Shown piece by piece: positions 1 to 14,378 of a stretch of DNA of 64,000 bases. Below the pieces are notes generated by a model that did not search any database, was not told where the DNA came from, and saw only the letters and a program-made list of their open reading frames with translations. Origin of the DNA: the human T2T-CHM13v2.0 reference genome, Homo sapiens; the NCBI RefSeq assembly GCF_009914755.1, contig NC_060938.1; one strand, 5' to 3'. Position 1 is the stretch's first letter. Each line of letters begins with the position of its first letter. Position numbers and translations under genes: made by a program.

Positions 1-1644
1 AAGAGGTTGAATGTCCACCAAATATCAAGGAGTTTGCTTTGCCAAAACAGTCATGAGAAATCTGATTTAGATTTAGAAATGTTGAAAGGGTATTAAGTTA
101 GCCAAGTTCAAAATTATTTTTGTTTAGAAAATAAATCAATCTAGTCTAATAAGTGTTTAAAGAAATAGAAAAGATAAGTTTTCTGATTTTAATTTTAAAA
201 TATTAAAATGCTTTGAAATGTTGGACTAGTATCCCCATGAGTGTTTATCACACATGTTCCTCATGTTCAGGCTGGTGTTTCTTGCCATGTACTGCTTTCT
301 TTGCCATTGGTTGGACCGTTTCCTTTCTTGCACTCTCTATCGAAACATTTTAATAATGACCCGAATCCAATTGGTCTTGGCTTTCTCCTTTAACTCCCAT
401 CTTTTTTTCTTCCTTTCTTGCCAGTTTGGGCACATGCCACGGTATTCCAAATCCTAAATATCACCAGGCCATTTATTGAGGGATTCTCCTCTTAGATTTC
501 ACCTTGTTATAAAATATTAGCATAGCAGAGACACTGAAGGGAAAAAAAAGTAACATAAAAATCAAAACTTCATTAGAGTTAGTTTTTCTCTGGGGATTGG
601 CAATCACTTCAAAATTGGTAATCACTGCAAATCACTGAAAATGTTACTCTTAAACAAGTTGATTATAAACAACAGGAAGGCACGGGGAAGCTTCCCTAAT
701 GAATGAGTTCACCTTACCTCCCAGCCATCCAAGAGTTAGAGGAGCTGTGGGGAATTACATCCTCTCCACTCTCCGGCTGATTAAAAGGCTGACTCTTTCC
801 TTAAGCCTCCTGGAAACTTCAGAAAGAGACACAGGTGGAGGGTCCCCAAAATGAAAAATATTAGAATCTGGAGCAGGGTAAAGCATACTGAGAGAAATAA
901 ATCTTCTCCTTTGGGAAAAAGATAAAGAAGCATTGCTTGGAAAATAAATATATTTTTGTAGCACTCAGTACTCAAATTACCATGTTAAACTTTCAATAGA
1001 GTCTCATTAATTCAGCCACATGCAATTAAAATGTTGTGTTTCAATATGCAAGACGAGGACACATGAGGAAAATGTTAAGCCAGATGACAGGACACTCAGG
1101 TCAGAAGGAAAGAAAACCTCACAATGGAGTGGAAAGTTGTTTTCTTGGGAAAAGGCACATTTTTCATTATTTCTGTATTTCTAACAAGGAAGGAAAATCC
1201 AAAATTGTGTGAAAAATCTGTTTGGTTCAACAGAGTCCTAACACATACCATTAAAGGGACATATACAGAGAGAAATTATTCTGTCGATCACCAATGTAAA
1301 GCTCTTCTTTAAATGGAAAGAGAAGTGCAAGGTTCAGATGAGAGTGAGCAATCTGTGCTTCTGTTTATGCAATAAATGACAAGGGGTTCTAAGAAGAAAA
1401 AAAAGCAACTGATATTTTCAGTGAAAGCAATATTGTTTTCTTCCTCTAAGCAGAAAATACACAAAGAGGTTAGACTAATCTGATAGAAATAAGAGGTCAA
1501 CGACTGGCTCCACTGAAATGTCTGCAGGGTACTTCAAGTGAAATTCACCAGTAAAGCAGTTCAAATATATAAACACTTGGTTTAAATATGAAAGTATGTG
1601 TGTGCATGCTATGCAGTTCCATTTCTACTCATTGTTCTTTAAAA

Positions 1645-2285
1645 GTAGGCAGAATTCTGAGATAACCAACAAAATCTCCACACCTTGGTGCACAGGCTCT
1701 GTATAATCCCTCCCTTTTAGTGTGGGCAGGACTAAAGGTATGATAAATGTCACATCCATAATTAGGACATGTTTTATGTTAAAAGTGAAGGGATTTTGCA
1801 GATATAATTATAGTCTCAATTCAGTTCATCTTGAGTTAATCAAAACTGAGATTATCCTAGGTGAGCCTGACCTAATCGGATGAGCCCTTCAAAAGAACTG
1901 GTCCCTTTCTGAAATCAGATTCAAATCATGAGAGAAATTCTTCTGTTGGCTTAGAGAAAAACAAACAGGTAAGTTGTGAGAGGATCTATGGGGGCAGTTT
2001 TATGGCAAGGAGCTCTGGGCAGAGTCTAAGAGCTGAAAGTGACCTCTGACCAATAGTAAACAATAAAAAATTGAACCTGTGTCCCACAACTGCAAGGAAT
2101 TAAGTTCTGTCTACAATCTGAATAAACCTTATGAAAACCCTGAGCCTCAGATAGGACCCTAGCCAGGATGTCATATTGATTTCAGCACTGTGAGGCCCTG
2201 AGAAAAACCCCAGCTAATACATTCCAGACTCTTGATCTACAGGATCTGTGAGATAAAAAAAAAAATACATGTTGTTTTAAACTTT
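1645..2285 (+). mobile_element. MaLR solo LTR, MLT1E-like
   Basis: Starts GTAGGCAGAATTCTGAGAT; contains GGGATTTTGCAGATATAATT and GAGATTATCCTAGGTGAGCCTGACCTAATC; ends TGTGAGATAA...TGTTGTTTTAA, as in MLT1E-group consensus. Confidence 0.8.
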
Positions 2286-2289
2286 AAAA

Positions 2290-3098
2290 TGCTACCACCA
2301 TTTTGGAAGACAATGCATCAATTCTTAAAAAGTTGAACACAGTCTTACCATGCAATCATCAATTGTACTCTTTGACAGTTACCAAATAATTTCAAAATTT
2401 AGGTCCACAAAAAAACTTGTATGCAAATGTTCATAGCAGCTTTGGTGATAATTGTCAAAAAGTGGAAGCAACTAAGATGTTTGTACATGATCAGATTAAG
2501 GACTTTGTTAAACCAAGCAGAACAAACTGTGCTGCATTTATCTGATAGAATATTATTTAATAATTAAAAACACATGTGTGTGCACACACACACAGAGCTA
2601 CCAAATTATGAACATATATGGAGAAATCTTAAATATGAATTCCTATGTGAAAGAAACTAATGTGATAAGGCTATATACTGTATGATTCTAATTATATGAG
2701 ATTATGGAAAAGACAACAATCTAGAGAGTAAAAATATCAATGGTTGCTGTGGGTTTCAGGGAAAGGGGGAAGGATGAATTGGTGAAGCAAGAGAGATTCT
2801 AGGGATAGTGAAACAATTCTGTATGTTACTGTAATGGTGAATGCATGACATCATGCATTTGTCGAACCCCATGCAACTGTACAATGTGAAGAATGAAACT
2901 TAAACTGTAGACTTTGGTTAATAATAACACATCAGTATTGATTCATGAATTGTAACAAAAGTACAACACCAATGCAAGATGTTAATAATAGGGAAAATTG
3001 TGTGCATAGAAAAGGAAATATGGGAACTCTGTCGTATCTGCTCAATTTTTCTGTAAATCTAAAACTGTTCTAAAACATAAAGTCTATTAATTTTTTTA
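2290..3098 (+). mobile_element. LINE-1 3' end, L1MC-like
   Basis: CAAATGTTCATAGCAGCTTT, TATACTGTATGATTC, AATGCAAGATGTTAATAATAGGGAAA and terminal CTGTAAATCTAAAACTGTTCTAAAA. Confidence 0.8.
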
Positions 3099-3705
3099 AA
3101 GTATCTCAAATGGGAATGAGTTTGGGTCACAGAAAGAGGGCATGGTGAGTGTTTGGCAAACTGGAGATTTTACATCTCTTCCAAAGGAGACTCTCACTAC
3201 TCAACTCTGCAATTTCTAACCTATGGGAAAATGGAGCCAGTATCTCAAGATATTCTGATTTCTTAGAAAAAACAAAAACAAAAATGATTTCATATGCACA
3301 GTATTCTTCTTTCAAAATATTGAAAATCAAGTCAGTTTAACAAAAATTAAGATATACGTTCTAGTTAGATTTATACCAAAACCAAAAAAGTTCTGTTTTT
3401 CCTTGTAGAAAACTCACTTGCTGGTAAAATGGCAATAAATTAACATGTGGCTATGGTAAGTTTCATTTTGTTTGACATTATTTACACAGGAAAATTCAGT
3501 CCTAAAATAAATCAGTGCATCATGTGCCAGTGTTTTGTCTTATATAAGCCGATTTCCTAAAAGTTGGATTGTATCTGGGGTATTTTCTTTTTGGTTTATT
3601 CAATAAAATCTAATTTAGTTTCAACCAACCCTTTTTCTAAGTACAGGAAATCCTCTTCCTCTGTCATGGGAGTTACAAGTTATACCATTAAAAATATCTG
3701 CTTTG

Positions 3706-4026
<321 letters not shown>

Positions 4027-5599
4027 TTAGTCAGATGGTGGGTATAATGCAGAGACATACCTGGAATGAATGGTGGCCTTTAAATCCCTTGATGCCCATC
4101 TTAGCATCAGTTAAGCAACAGTGCTACAATGTGGTATACTCACTTTATTTTTTCTGGCCCATACTCATGACAGAGGAGTCCAGTATGAATTAATGAAAAA
4201 TCCAAATGGCAGATTGCTTTTAAAAAAATAAAATTTTACATCCAAATACATAAAGGAATTGCAAGCAGTAAAGCAAAATAGTGCTTAAGTGGAATTCCCA
4301 GACCGTTAGCTGTAATGGAAATACAAACACACATTATAGAAAGGCATGCATTATAACTTGTGTAATTAGAATAGACAATTATAAAGATTTAAAAATATAC
4401 TTGATTACACCTTAAATTTGTGTTTATTGTAAATACACAGAAACACAAAACCAATATACACCTGACTAGCAATGTTAACAAAGCTTATTATATCATAGCT
4501 AAGAAAATGTTTACTGAACTGTGAAAAATTACTGAATGAGCTTTACAGATAATGCAACAATTAAGATTTGGTCCCTTCTCTTAAGGAATTTATATTTTAC
4601 AGAAGAGGCAGGTATATGCACATTTATATTTTAATAGAAGTTGAGTAAAAAGTATGTTTTGAGAACCCTAAATGTGAAAAAACCAATTTCAAAGAGAAAT
4701 GAGAGAAGGCTTTCTTAAAAAGAGGTAGCATTTGAGATTTATTAAAAATGGAAGATTCCAACAGAGAATGTGGGAGTAAATTCAAATTATGATACAGAGT
4801 CTGTAAAATGTAGGTAAGGCTTTGTGTCCTTGAAAGATAATATATTCAGAATATTCTATTTCCTACTCCTTGAATATATAGTAAAAGGACATATATCAAC
4901 ATGTCACTAAAGTTAGTGGTAGTGGCAGATAAATTAATTTCTGGATTTATGTATTTATTTTAGAATAATGTATACAATCAATACATGTTGATTATTAGGC
5001 TCTGAAGAATATGAAAAAGTACAAGGAAGGAAGAAAGTATAATTCTATACTACTCTAACACAATGAGAATTAGAATTTAGTGGTCGTAATTCTAGATAAT
5101 TATTGATGTCAAAATGTAAAAAGATTGAATTGCAAGATGGATGCATAGATAGAAAAACAGTTGTAAGAATTGAGTCAAACTATACCTGTTATTGCTAAAA
5201 CAGCATTCACTTTATTGAATTATTCATAATTTGATTTAATCAAATGGAAAAAAAGCTACATGACATAGGAAGAAATAACCAAACTACAAATTATGTTTTC
5301 ATCACATAAAAAAAACTAGCTAAAAGATCGTTATAATAGTTAAAAAGTTGTTAAATAATGAGTTTTTTAAGCTAAATAATTTGAGTTACACAGTATTAAT
5401 ACATATTCTTTCATGAAAGATTGCATCATCTTCTCTTTTTCACGCCTTCCGCCTCCTTCCTTTTATCTACCAATTTTAATGCCGATACTTTTCACCTTGT
5501 CAGGGATTTTAATATTTACCTTTATTATTTAATCACTTTTCAGTTATTTAATCTTAGTTTGATATTTAAATAAATTTGATACTTGTACCACTTGTACAC

Positions 5600-6100
5600 A
5601 TCACCTTTCAATTACCTCCTTATTTATTTCAATTCATTATTGTTTGACTTGATTCCATCCTCAAGTAACTTTCCTTTTTCTTTATTTTTTAAAGACCATG
5701 TGACCTCAATGGTACAATATTCTCATTTTTATTATCTTAAATGTCTAGCTATTGCCTATATGTTATAAAGGGTGCTTGGCTACATATATTTGTGGGTAAC
5801 CCTTTGTTTGTTTCCCACCTATGTGTATAGCCATTGATTCTTTGTGTTCTTACTATAGATATTATAGAAGAGAAGGATGAGGTCAGTCTATTTTTCAACT
5901 CTTGCTAGTGACTGGCTTTTCTACCTGGAGGCCTGTACAAAAATACCTTCATTTGTGAATTTCAGTAAGTTAACCAAGTTTTATAACAGTGTTGCGGTAA
6001 TGACCTAGAACGTATTACGCTCCTTTAAAAATACATTATCTGTTTTTTCTTCCTCAAAGCCTACATACTGCCTTTCTTACTACTGTTTCTGAAGTTCAAT
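5600..6100 (-). mobile_element. Degraded old L1 (L1M) fragment
   Basis: T-rich sequence with weak similarity to antisense L1M (GAGAAGGATGAGGTCAGTCTATTTTT, GTGACTGGCTTTTCTACCTGGAGG); boundaries approximate. Confidence 0.4.
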
Positions 6101-6247
6101 AGCTTAACAACAGGATGTTTTGATGTTAAGCATTCCAAATCATTTTTGTTGTCATACATACAATGTGTGTTTTCACCACATAGATCCAATGACTAATTTC
6201 ATAACAATTTTTCCGTATTTTACTTCTGAAATGTTTGTGTTAAATGT

Positions 6248-6612
6248 TGTATTAGTTAGCTCAGGCTGTCATAACAACATACCAGAGACCAGGTCAATGA
6301 AACAACAGAAATTCGTATTCCTCACAGTTCTAGAGGCTGGAAAGTCCAAGATGAAGGTTCAGCATGTTGAGGCTGTCCACCTGGCTTACAGAAGGCTACC
6401 TTCTCACTGTGTCCTTACATGGTGGAGGGAGAAAAGGAGTGCAAGGTTTCCAATATCACTTTTTATAAGAGCATTAATTTCATCATGGAGGCCACATCCT
6501 CATGATTTAATCTCAACTTTATTACCTCTCAAAACTCTAACTCCAAACACCATTGTGAGTTCTATGGCTTCAACATATAAATTTTGAAGGGACACAAACA
6601 TTCAGGGCATAG
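6248..6612 (-). mobile_element. MaLR solo LTR, MLT1A-like
   Basis: TATTAGTTAGCTCAGGCTGTCATAACAA...CTCACAGTTCTAGAGGCTGGAAAGTCCAAGAT...GGGACACAAACATTCAG. Confidence 0.85.
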
Positions 6613-6939
6613 AAAATATATTAAGATAGATATATATTTTTACACACATACACACACACACCACATATATACATCTATTGTGTATATAATAGATACAATA
6701 TATTCATAACAAATACATTGACTTGTCAATTTCAGCGATACAAGTAAACTGTAGGTTACATTGGTTTCCTATGTTCTTTACATTTGTCCTCTTTTCCTGA
6801 GTTACTTTAATCTCTTTTTTCTAACCCTTCACAGCAGCTTTATCATTTTTTTCTGTGCAATATGTTTTTGATTAAATTAACTAATTATTTGGCCATGTCT
6901 ATTTCGTTGTTTGTTGTTTCCAATGCATGATTACTTTAT

Positions 6940-7239
<300 letters not shown>

Positions 7240-8802
7240 ACATGATTATTTTATACTCAATGTTTTCCCTTGGTGCTGCTTTTAAAAAAAAATCTTATAC
7301 TTTTTCATAATGTTCATTATACACTTATTTCATTGAATTCAAACTATCACCTAATCCTTATCAGATGGTACAATTAGGGAACTCTTTTTTTGAAGTAGTT
7401 TCTATTCCTTTGGTTATGTTTCGCTCACACTACGTTTGAAGAGTTGCTAGCTCATTTGGTTTTCATCTTGCTCTTTATATGGGCAGCTAAATTCAGATAA
7501 CTTTGTGTTCTGATGTAGTTTGGGCAATTCTTTTTGACATCTTGTCTAGCTTATCTGGCTGGACCAATAGGTATGGCCTTAGCTTTTCCAAGTCTGTGAC
7601 AGAATATTGCTGATGAAATTATAGCTATTATAATATTTTAAACTTTATGTTTATTTTTCTCTACTTGATTATGAATTGAAGAAGGAACCATTTGTGAGTC
7701 AGCTTTATTGTTTTTCATCTTTACCCAGCAACTCCAAGGCCATAAAATTAAAGAGTAGTTATTGGTAGGACACAATTTCCAAGGTCCAAAGGGAGGAGAG
7801 GGCAAGAAGAAATCTCTTATAGGTGAAGGAGAGTTAAGTAAGCTTAAGAGAAAAGAGTAGATTTGAGGTCTTTTTCAAGAACTTGATATGCAGAGAAGAT
7901 TTTTAGTTTTAATTGGATGTATTCTGCAGGCTTTAAGGAACAATAATAAGTGGCCATGTAAGTTTGATTTCAGTTGTAATGATGAATATTAATGTATTAT
8001 GTTTCTGCACATAAACTGACAAGTATAAATAAATAAGAAATAAATGCTTTTTTGATTAAAGACATGTGGAAGACTGAAACACACTATATACATATAAATA
8101 AATATATGTTAATAATCCATGGTAAACTATATGAACATTAACTTCAGGATATGAGCTTAATTATTTTAAAAACGACATTTATGAACTATGTAAATTGATA
8201 ACCAATTAACTTGCTGCAGCTATCTTATTAAATGTCAATTAAGTGTATTAACGTTCTTTACAATTTCATATATCAATATGAATTTAACTGTACCTTTATT
8301 GCCATTGTAATTTTGAGTTAATTACATGGTTAGATGATTTATCTTTTGCATAACTATTAAGGCTTAGCCTCTGTTCTTCAAAAAAATAAAATTGGTGGCT
8401 TTATAAACTCTAAAAATAAATCTCAAAGCATCACTAATTTTTTGTCTTTATAGAAATCTTTGTGTTGAAGCAAAAAGCAGATTTCACATGGTTTGTGGTT
8501 TCTGGATAGCATTTTCTATTGTTTTTAAAAATAAAATATGAAGCACCTACATAATGCATCACTAAAGCTATTATTAGGTCTTTCAAATTTTTTTTTTTTT
8601 TGCTATTCTGATTTTGATTAATGTCTGTCTAATTATAGGAAGATTTTCTGATAACTGAGAAATATCTTAATAAAACAGTTTACAATATACCCTATTAAAA
8701 GACATACATTTTGATTCTTTTGATAAAACAAGTTTTATTTTGCTCCAACAATTCCCTGAATATCTATCATGGTATCAGGCACTTACCAAGTTTGAAGTAA
8801 TT

Positions 8803-9040
8803 GAAAAGAGTATGGGTTTTATAATCAGATAATTTGGGGATCAAGTATCTCTCATCCCAGTTTATATTTCTTTGGCTGGAGAAATGGGTAACATTTATGC
8901 CATTTTAGCCTATTTCCTTATTGTTAAAATATGAGTAACTACTGCATATTGTTGTGCTGAATATTAAGTCTAAGTATATGCATGAAAACATAATACTATG
9001 AATAATATGTATGAAAATCCATAATCAGTAAATACTTGCT
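8803..9040 (+). mobile_element. MIR SINE, degraded
   Basis: GAAAAGAGTATGGGTTTT...TTTCCTTATTGTTAAAAT...CAGTAAATACTTG follows the MIR layout. Confidence 0.55.
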
Positions 9041-10524
9041 TTTATTTCTATCATTTCTAAATTTTGGATTTTTGAAACTACTCCATTGATTTGTACATAC
9101 AACAAACCTACTCCCAAATAATTTTATATGTGATTTATGAATGGGATGCATCTCAGGGCAACTATTAGTCTAAAAATCTGCACATGAAAGATAAATTAGT
9201 TATTTCAATGTGAGCAGGTACAGGATCATTTTCTTGTTTCATTTACCTTGTTAAAATAAAATTTAAATGATTAATGATTAACTTCATACTTATACAAAAA
9301 AGAACCTCTTAGGCATATATTTGCTCATGGTTCAACTGCTTATAAATTGATAAATCCAAATCCAAAATATTGAGAAAAGAGATGCCAGAGAATCAGTTCC
9401 TGGCTCTGGGCTGAAAGATGGCCATTCAGCAGAGGCATGAAAGTAAATTTGGTGGTGGGGCTTTTTACTTTTCTGCTTTAGTTTCACATAGCTCAGTGCT
9501 CTCGGCAATATGACCTTGTTACCACGTTGTTGTGTGAAATTTAGATGTATGTTTCAATTGTAGAGACAACTTTTTCTATTAGCTATTCCCATTAACTCTG
9601 TCTAATGCCATTTTCCATCTTATCAACCTTCACATTTCCTCTGTGTGAAAAAACTGATGAGTGGTAGACTCTTCACCTTTCCTCCCCTTTCTCTGCCTAC
9701 GCAGTGATGACCACCTCCCTGCTTGACAACGTCCCTTGTTACTTTGCTAACCTCTGCCTATTTAAGTCTTCTATAAAACCTCCAATAAAATCACCTATAA
9801 AGCCATCAGTTGTCAGATACGATAATGAATGCCCATGGAAATAAAATCACCCTGATGAAATAGAAGGAAACCTAAAATCCTCGCCCATGTGCTTCCAATT
9901 AAAATTTTTTCCTCTGGCTTACCATTATTTATAGCACTGTTAATGATGGAATTCACATGGAAATAAATGTATTTCTTGTTGGTGATAATTCATGAGGCCC
10001 ATGAGCATATAAGTGCCTCAAACTGAACATTCTACATGGTGGTTTGAGACTGAAGGTCACTGGGGATTGATGTAGAAGGCTGGGAACAGATTTCACCTGT
10101 AGTTTCACAATGGCCCCGTTGAGCTCTGGGTCTGACTGATAAAGATGAACAATTGTGACCACTGGAGGAAATTGTGGAAATTGGTAGAACAATTGCAGTG
10201 TGGCTCTGCAATATCAAAATTACAATTTGTGTGGAAGGCGACCCTTGCCAGTCAACTAAGCAATGAAAATAAAGTTGCTGCTAGTGGTCAGAATACCAGC
10301 ATTTGGATAAAAAGCTTTTTTGGCACCTCTAGGCCACATGGCAGGTAGGCAGGAAGCAGAAGACTGAATTAGAAGTTGCTAGATTTTTATTTTCTAGGAT
10401 TTAATAGCCTAAGGTCGTATTTTACTTCTTCCCAGAGTTCTCAATTTTGATAGGAATTTCAAGGATTTCTCCCCATGTCATAGACACAAAAGATATTCAT
10501 GAAAAGAGAAAGACATTATTAGTC

Positions 10525-10730
10525 CTAATGACAACTTTCATGCATTGACTACATCTTCCGGCACTTTACGTATTTACAGCTCACAAAACGGTTCTGCAAT
10601 GTAGGCATTTTTTAACAGTGATTTTATATGTGAGAAAACTGTACCTGAGAGACTAAACACTGAGTAAGCTATTATCCAAACCGACCTATTTGTCCCTCGA
10701 ACTCAGATTCTTTGAGCTACACCATTCTGC
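10525..10730 (-). mobile_element. MIR SINE, degraded
   Basis: Antisense MIR core ATTTTATATGTGAGAAAACTGTACCTGAGAGA. Confidence 0.55.
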
Positions 10731-11845
10731 TCATGAGTTAATTGACTAACTCATGAGTTCATCTTTTCCATATAATTACAGATCTCATTCCTATTAACAT
10801 ATGTCCCCAAATCTCCAAAATTTTCTTGTGTAATTACGTTAATACTATTTTTCTGAAGGAATCTGTATAAGTTTAGTTGCTCAAGAGTATTTCATTCTAT
10901 GTTATCAGGAATATCTTTTTGTTTGTACACTCTATGCATTCTCTAATTATCTGATTTTCAATGATTTTGCCTGGTGAAATCATCTATTAGTATTAATTAG
11001 GAATGAATACATGAATGCTATATCTGCTATTGCATGCCTGATATAGAATGGCAAGGTAAACATTTGCTGTCTCAAACACTTCAAGTTTCTCTATATCTTT
11101 GTTTTGAAATGTTTAGTGAGTTGAAATTCTCCTGCATTTTACATCCTATTTTTCTTTTTTCCACACACAAACACAGACATATTTGAATAACCAGTTCTCT
11201 AAACTCTAAATATATTAGGAATAATTATAGCAATGATGATTGTGCCAGCAAAAAGTTTTAATGTACGTGTATAATTTATTTAAATCATCTGTTGTGTTTC
11301 ATTAAAGCATCCTTCAAAACACTGCAGGTATCTCTTGTTTTTTAAAATAATTAACAGTTGTTCTATTGAAGTTGCTAAAATCTTGCTCAATTTATGTTAT
11401 ACATTTTCAACACAGCCTTTTTTCTTACCTTTAATTATTTTAAAAATGATTTTTGTAGCATTTCTATTTTTAAACCCATTAAATATTTCCCTGAAATAAT
11501 AGATTTTATCCAATAACATTTAGTAAATTATACACATTTCTTAACAATGGTGAGTGTGTCTAAAATTTGAGAAAAGCCTTATTATATCTAAGTCACTTTG
11601 TGTTTAATTGATTAGAAAACATTATGTATCCACGATTAACTCTTCTTACTATGTATAAATATTGGGATATTTCCTGAGCGGCCTCAGATATATATTTGCT
11701 ATCTCTCTAGCAAGGGGGAAAGCTGAAACTGTCTACTGCTTCTTGATTCTGATAGTTGTGGAACCCCTAAATCTGTTCCCTTTAGGTCTCCTGGAGAAAC
11801 TCTACTGTTGCCTGGATTAATATAGGCCAATACCTAAGGTATCTT

Positions 11846-12157
<312 letters not shown>

Positions 12158-13034
12158 ACCTAAGGTATCTTATACTGCAGTGACCTAAATAAAGTTTCTG
12201 TGTATTTTTGCCAAAATCACAAAAAGATGATTTCTCTTTGATTGAAGCTTTTATTTACTGCAAGAACCTATTGCTGATCCTGTGGAAGGGTTTTAAGAAA
12301 TTTATTTTATTTGTTCTAAGACCATCACCTTTCTTTTTTAAAAGTCGTTTTCTGTGCCCATTGAATAATCCAATCACTCTGGTATTTCTTAGGTTGCTAT
12401 GATGACACATTCCTGGATTCCAGTCTTCCTACACTTATAGACATACAACATAGAGGCAGAGGATAAAGTCCAGTGGATGAATTTGTCAATAGTGAAGGTG
12501 ACTAGTAAAACCTTCCCTCATGTTTTTTCTATAGCATAGGAGGAGTGTTTATAGTTTTCAACAGAGTTTTAAGGGGATTTGTGAATCAAAATAGTACAAA
12601 ATGATCTTTTATGGAGATGTTTAGGCATATTATAAATAGGTTGACTTCCACTGCCCCTTAAAATTTAATAGTGAAACCATAAAGCATGTAGAAGATAATA
12701 TAGGAGAATATCCTTATGACTTGGGGTGGACAAATTTTCCTTAAATGGAGCAGAATTCATAAAAGAAAGGTTTGATAAGCTGGATATAATTAAAGAAAGG
12801 AATAAAGAATTCCTTTCCATCAAAATAAACTATTCGGAGAAATAAAATGCAAAGCAGAGAAAGAAAATGTTTGCCATACACACATCTGACAAAGGACTTA
12901 TATCCAGAATATATAAAGAATATCTTTAAAGCAATAAGAAAAAGACAAAAAACACTTTATAAAAAAAAACACAAAAAATAGCACAAGAAATTCACAAAAG
13001 AACATATCTAAAAGGTCAACACACATATGTAAAG

Positions 13035-13409
13035 TGTATTGGTCCTTTCTCATGCTGCTAATAAAGACATACATGAGACTAGATAATTTATAAAAGAAAG
13101 AGGTTTAATTGACTCACAGCTCTGCATGGCTGGAGAGGCCTCAGGAAACTTACAATCATGACAGAAGGGGAAGCAAACACGTTCTTCTTCACATGGCAGC
13201 AACAAGGAGAAGTGCCGAGCAAAAGGGGGAAAGCCACTTATAAAACTATCAGATCTCATGAGAATTCACTCACTATCACTAGGGCAGCATGAGGGTAACC
13301 ACCCCCCTTATTAAATTACCTCTCATCAGGTCCCTCCCATGACACATGGGGATTATGGGAAATACAACTCAAAATAAGATTTGGGTGGGAACACAGCTAA
13401 ACCATACCA
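13035..13409 (-). mobile_element. THE1C solo LTR
   Basis: TGTATT...CCATACCA termini; GAAGCAAACACG and GAGAAGTGCCGAGCAAAAGGGGG; 5-bp TSD TAAAG at 13030-13034 and 13410-13414. Confidence 0.92.
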
Positions 13410-13500
13410 TAAAGTTTTACAAAATGGTCCTTCATTAGAGAAATGCCAATTAAAATGCAATGGTATCGAAGACATACTGGCATACACTCATCAGTATTGC

Positions 13501-13846
13501 CAGCCCAATCTCCTGAGTCTACTATCACAGGACCCCAGAGGCCAGAAGTGATGCTGTCAAGTTCATGGTCTTCTGGCACTCTGCTCTGTTTGGGTCACAG
13601 AGGTGTCCTCATCATGGTGCCCTCCACTAACCCCAGGCTTGGATGCCAAACTCTCCCACAGTAATGATCAACCAGGAATCATCTGCCATGTCCATCCAAG
13701 ACCCTGCCATCTCCTGATGTGCAACATGAAAGCTTCCCTGAGACTCATTTTTTTCTCATCTGTAAACTGACTTGACATTAGTATCTACCAAGTTTTGTGT
13801 GAGGCTTAAATGTAATAAAACAAGTTAAACCAAAAAAAAAAAAAAA
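13501..13846 (+). pseudogene. Putative 5'-truncated processed retrocopy (mRNA 3' end, parent unidentified)
   Basis: Non-L1, GC-richer insert inside L1; AATAAA at 13814-13819, A15 at 13832-13846; flanking AGTATTGC / AGAATTGC (7/8 match) as TSD. Confidence 0.65.
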
Positions 13847-14023
13847 GAATTGCTTAAACAAACAAAAAAAGAGAAAACAAATTGACAATAGACAATATTA
13901 AGTGTGTTGACTAGCATGTTGAACAATTACAAGTTTTAATAATAAAGGGTAAATTAAATGTTACAAATACTTCTCAAAACTTGTTTCCAATATCTATTAA
14001 AATAACACATCACCTAATATTTT

Positions 14024-14026
<3 letters not shown>

Positions 14027-14060
<34 letters not shown>
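14027..14060. repeat. (CA)n microsatellite
   Basis: Direct reading. Confidence 0.95.
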
Positions 14061-14062
<2 letters not shown>

Positions 14063-14378
14063 ATAAATTCTAAATAAAAATGTGTCTATGTTTCAGTCAA
14101 CTGGTATATCCATATATATGCATTGAAAGATACAAAGAAGAATGTCAATAGCAGCATCATTTATATTGGCCCCAATTGGTCAAATTTTCCAATGCTTCTC
14201 ACCAGTGAATTGGATAAATTAATTGTTGTATAGTCATACAATGAAGTACTGTACCTTAATTAAAAACAACAAATTACTCCTATTTGTAAGAACAGAGATA
14301 AACCACACACATGATTTTGAATTTGAGTGAAAGAAGTCACTGATGAGAGAGTACAAATGGCTGTTAGTAATATATATT

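Noticed and set aside
254-457. 67-aa ATG ORF near the window start
   Set aside because: Short, no recognisable homology, and composition expected from T-rich DNA.
6120-6587. 155-aa ORF
   Set aside because: Mostly antisense MLT1A LTR sequence; no protein signature.
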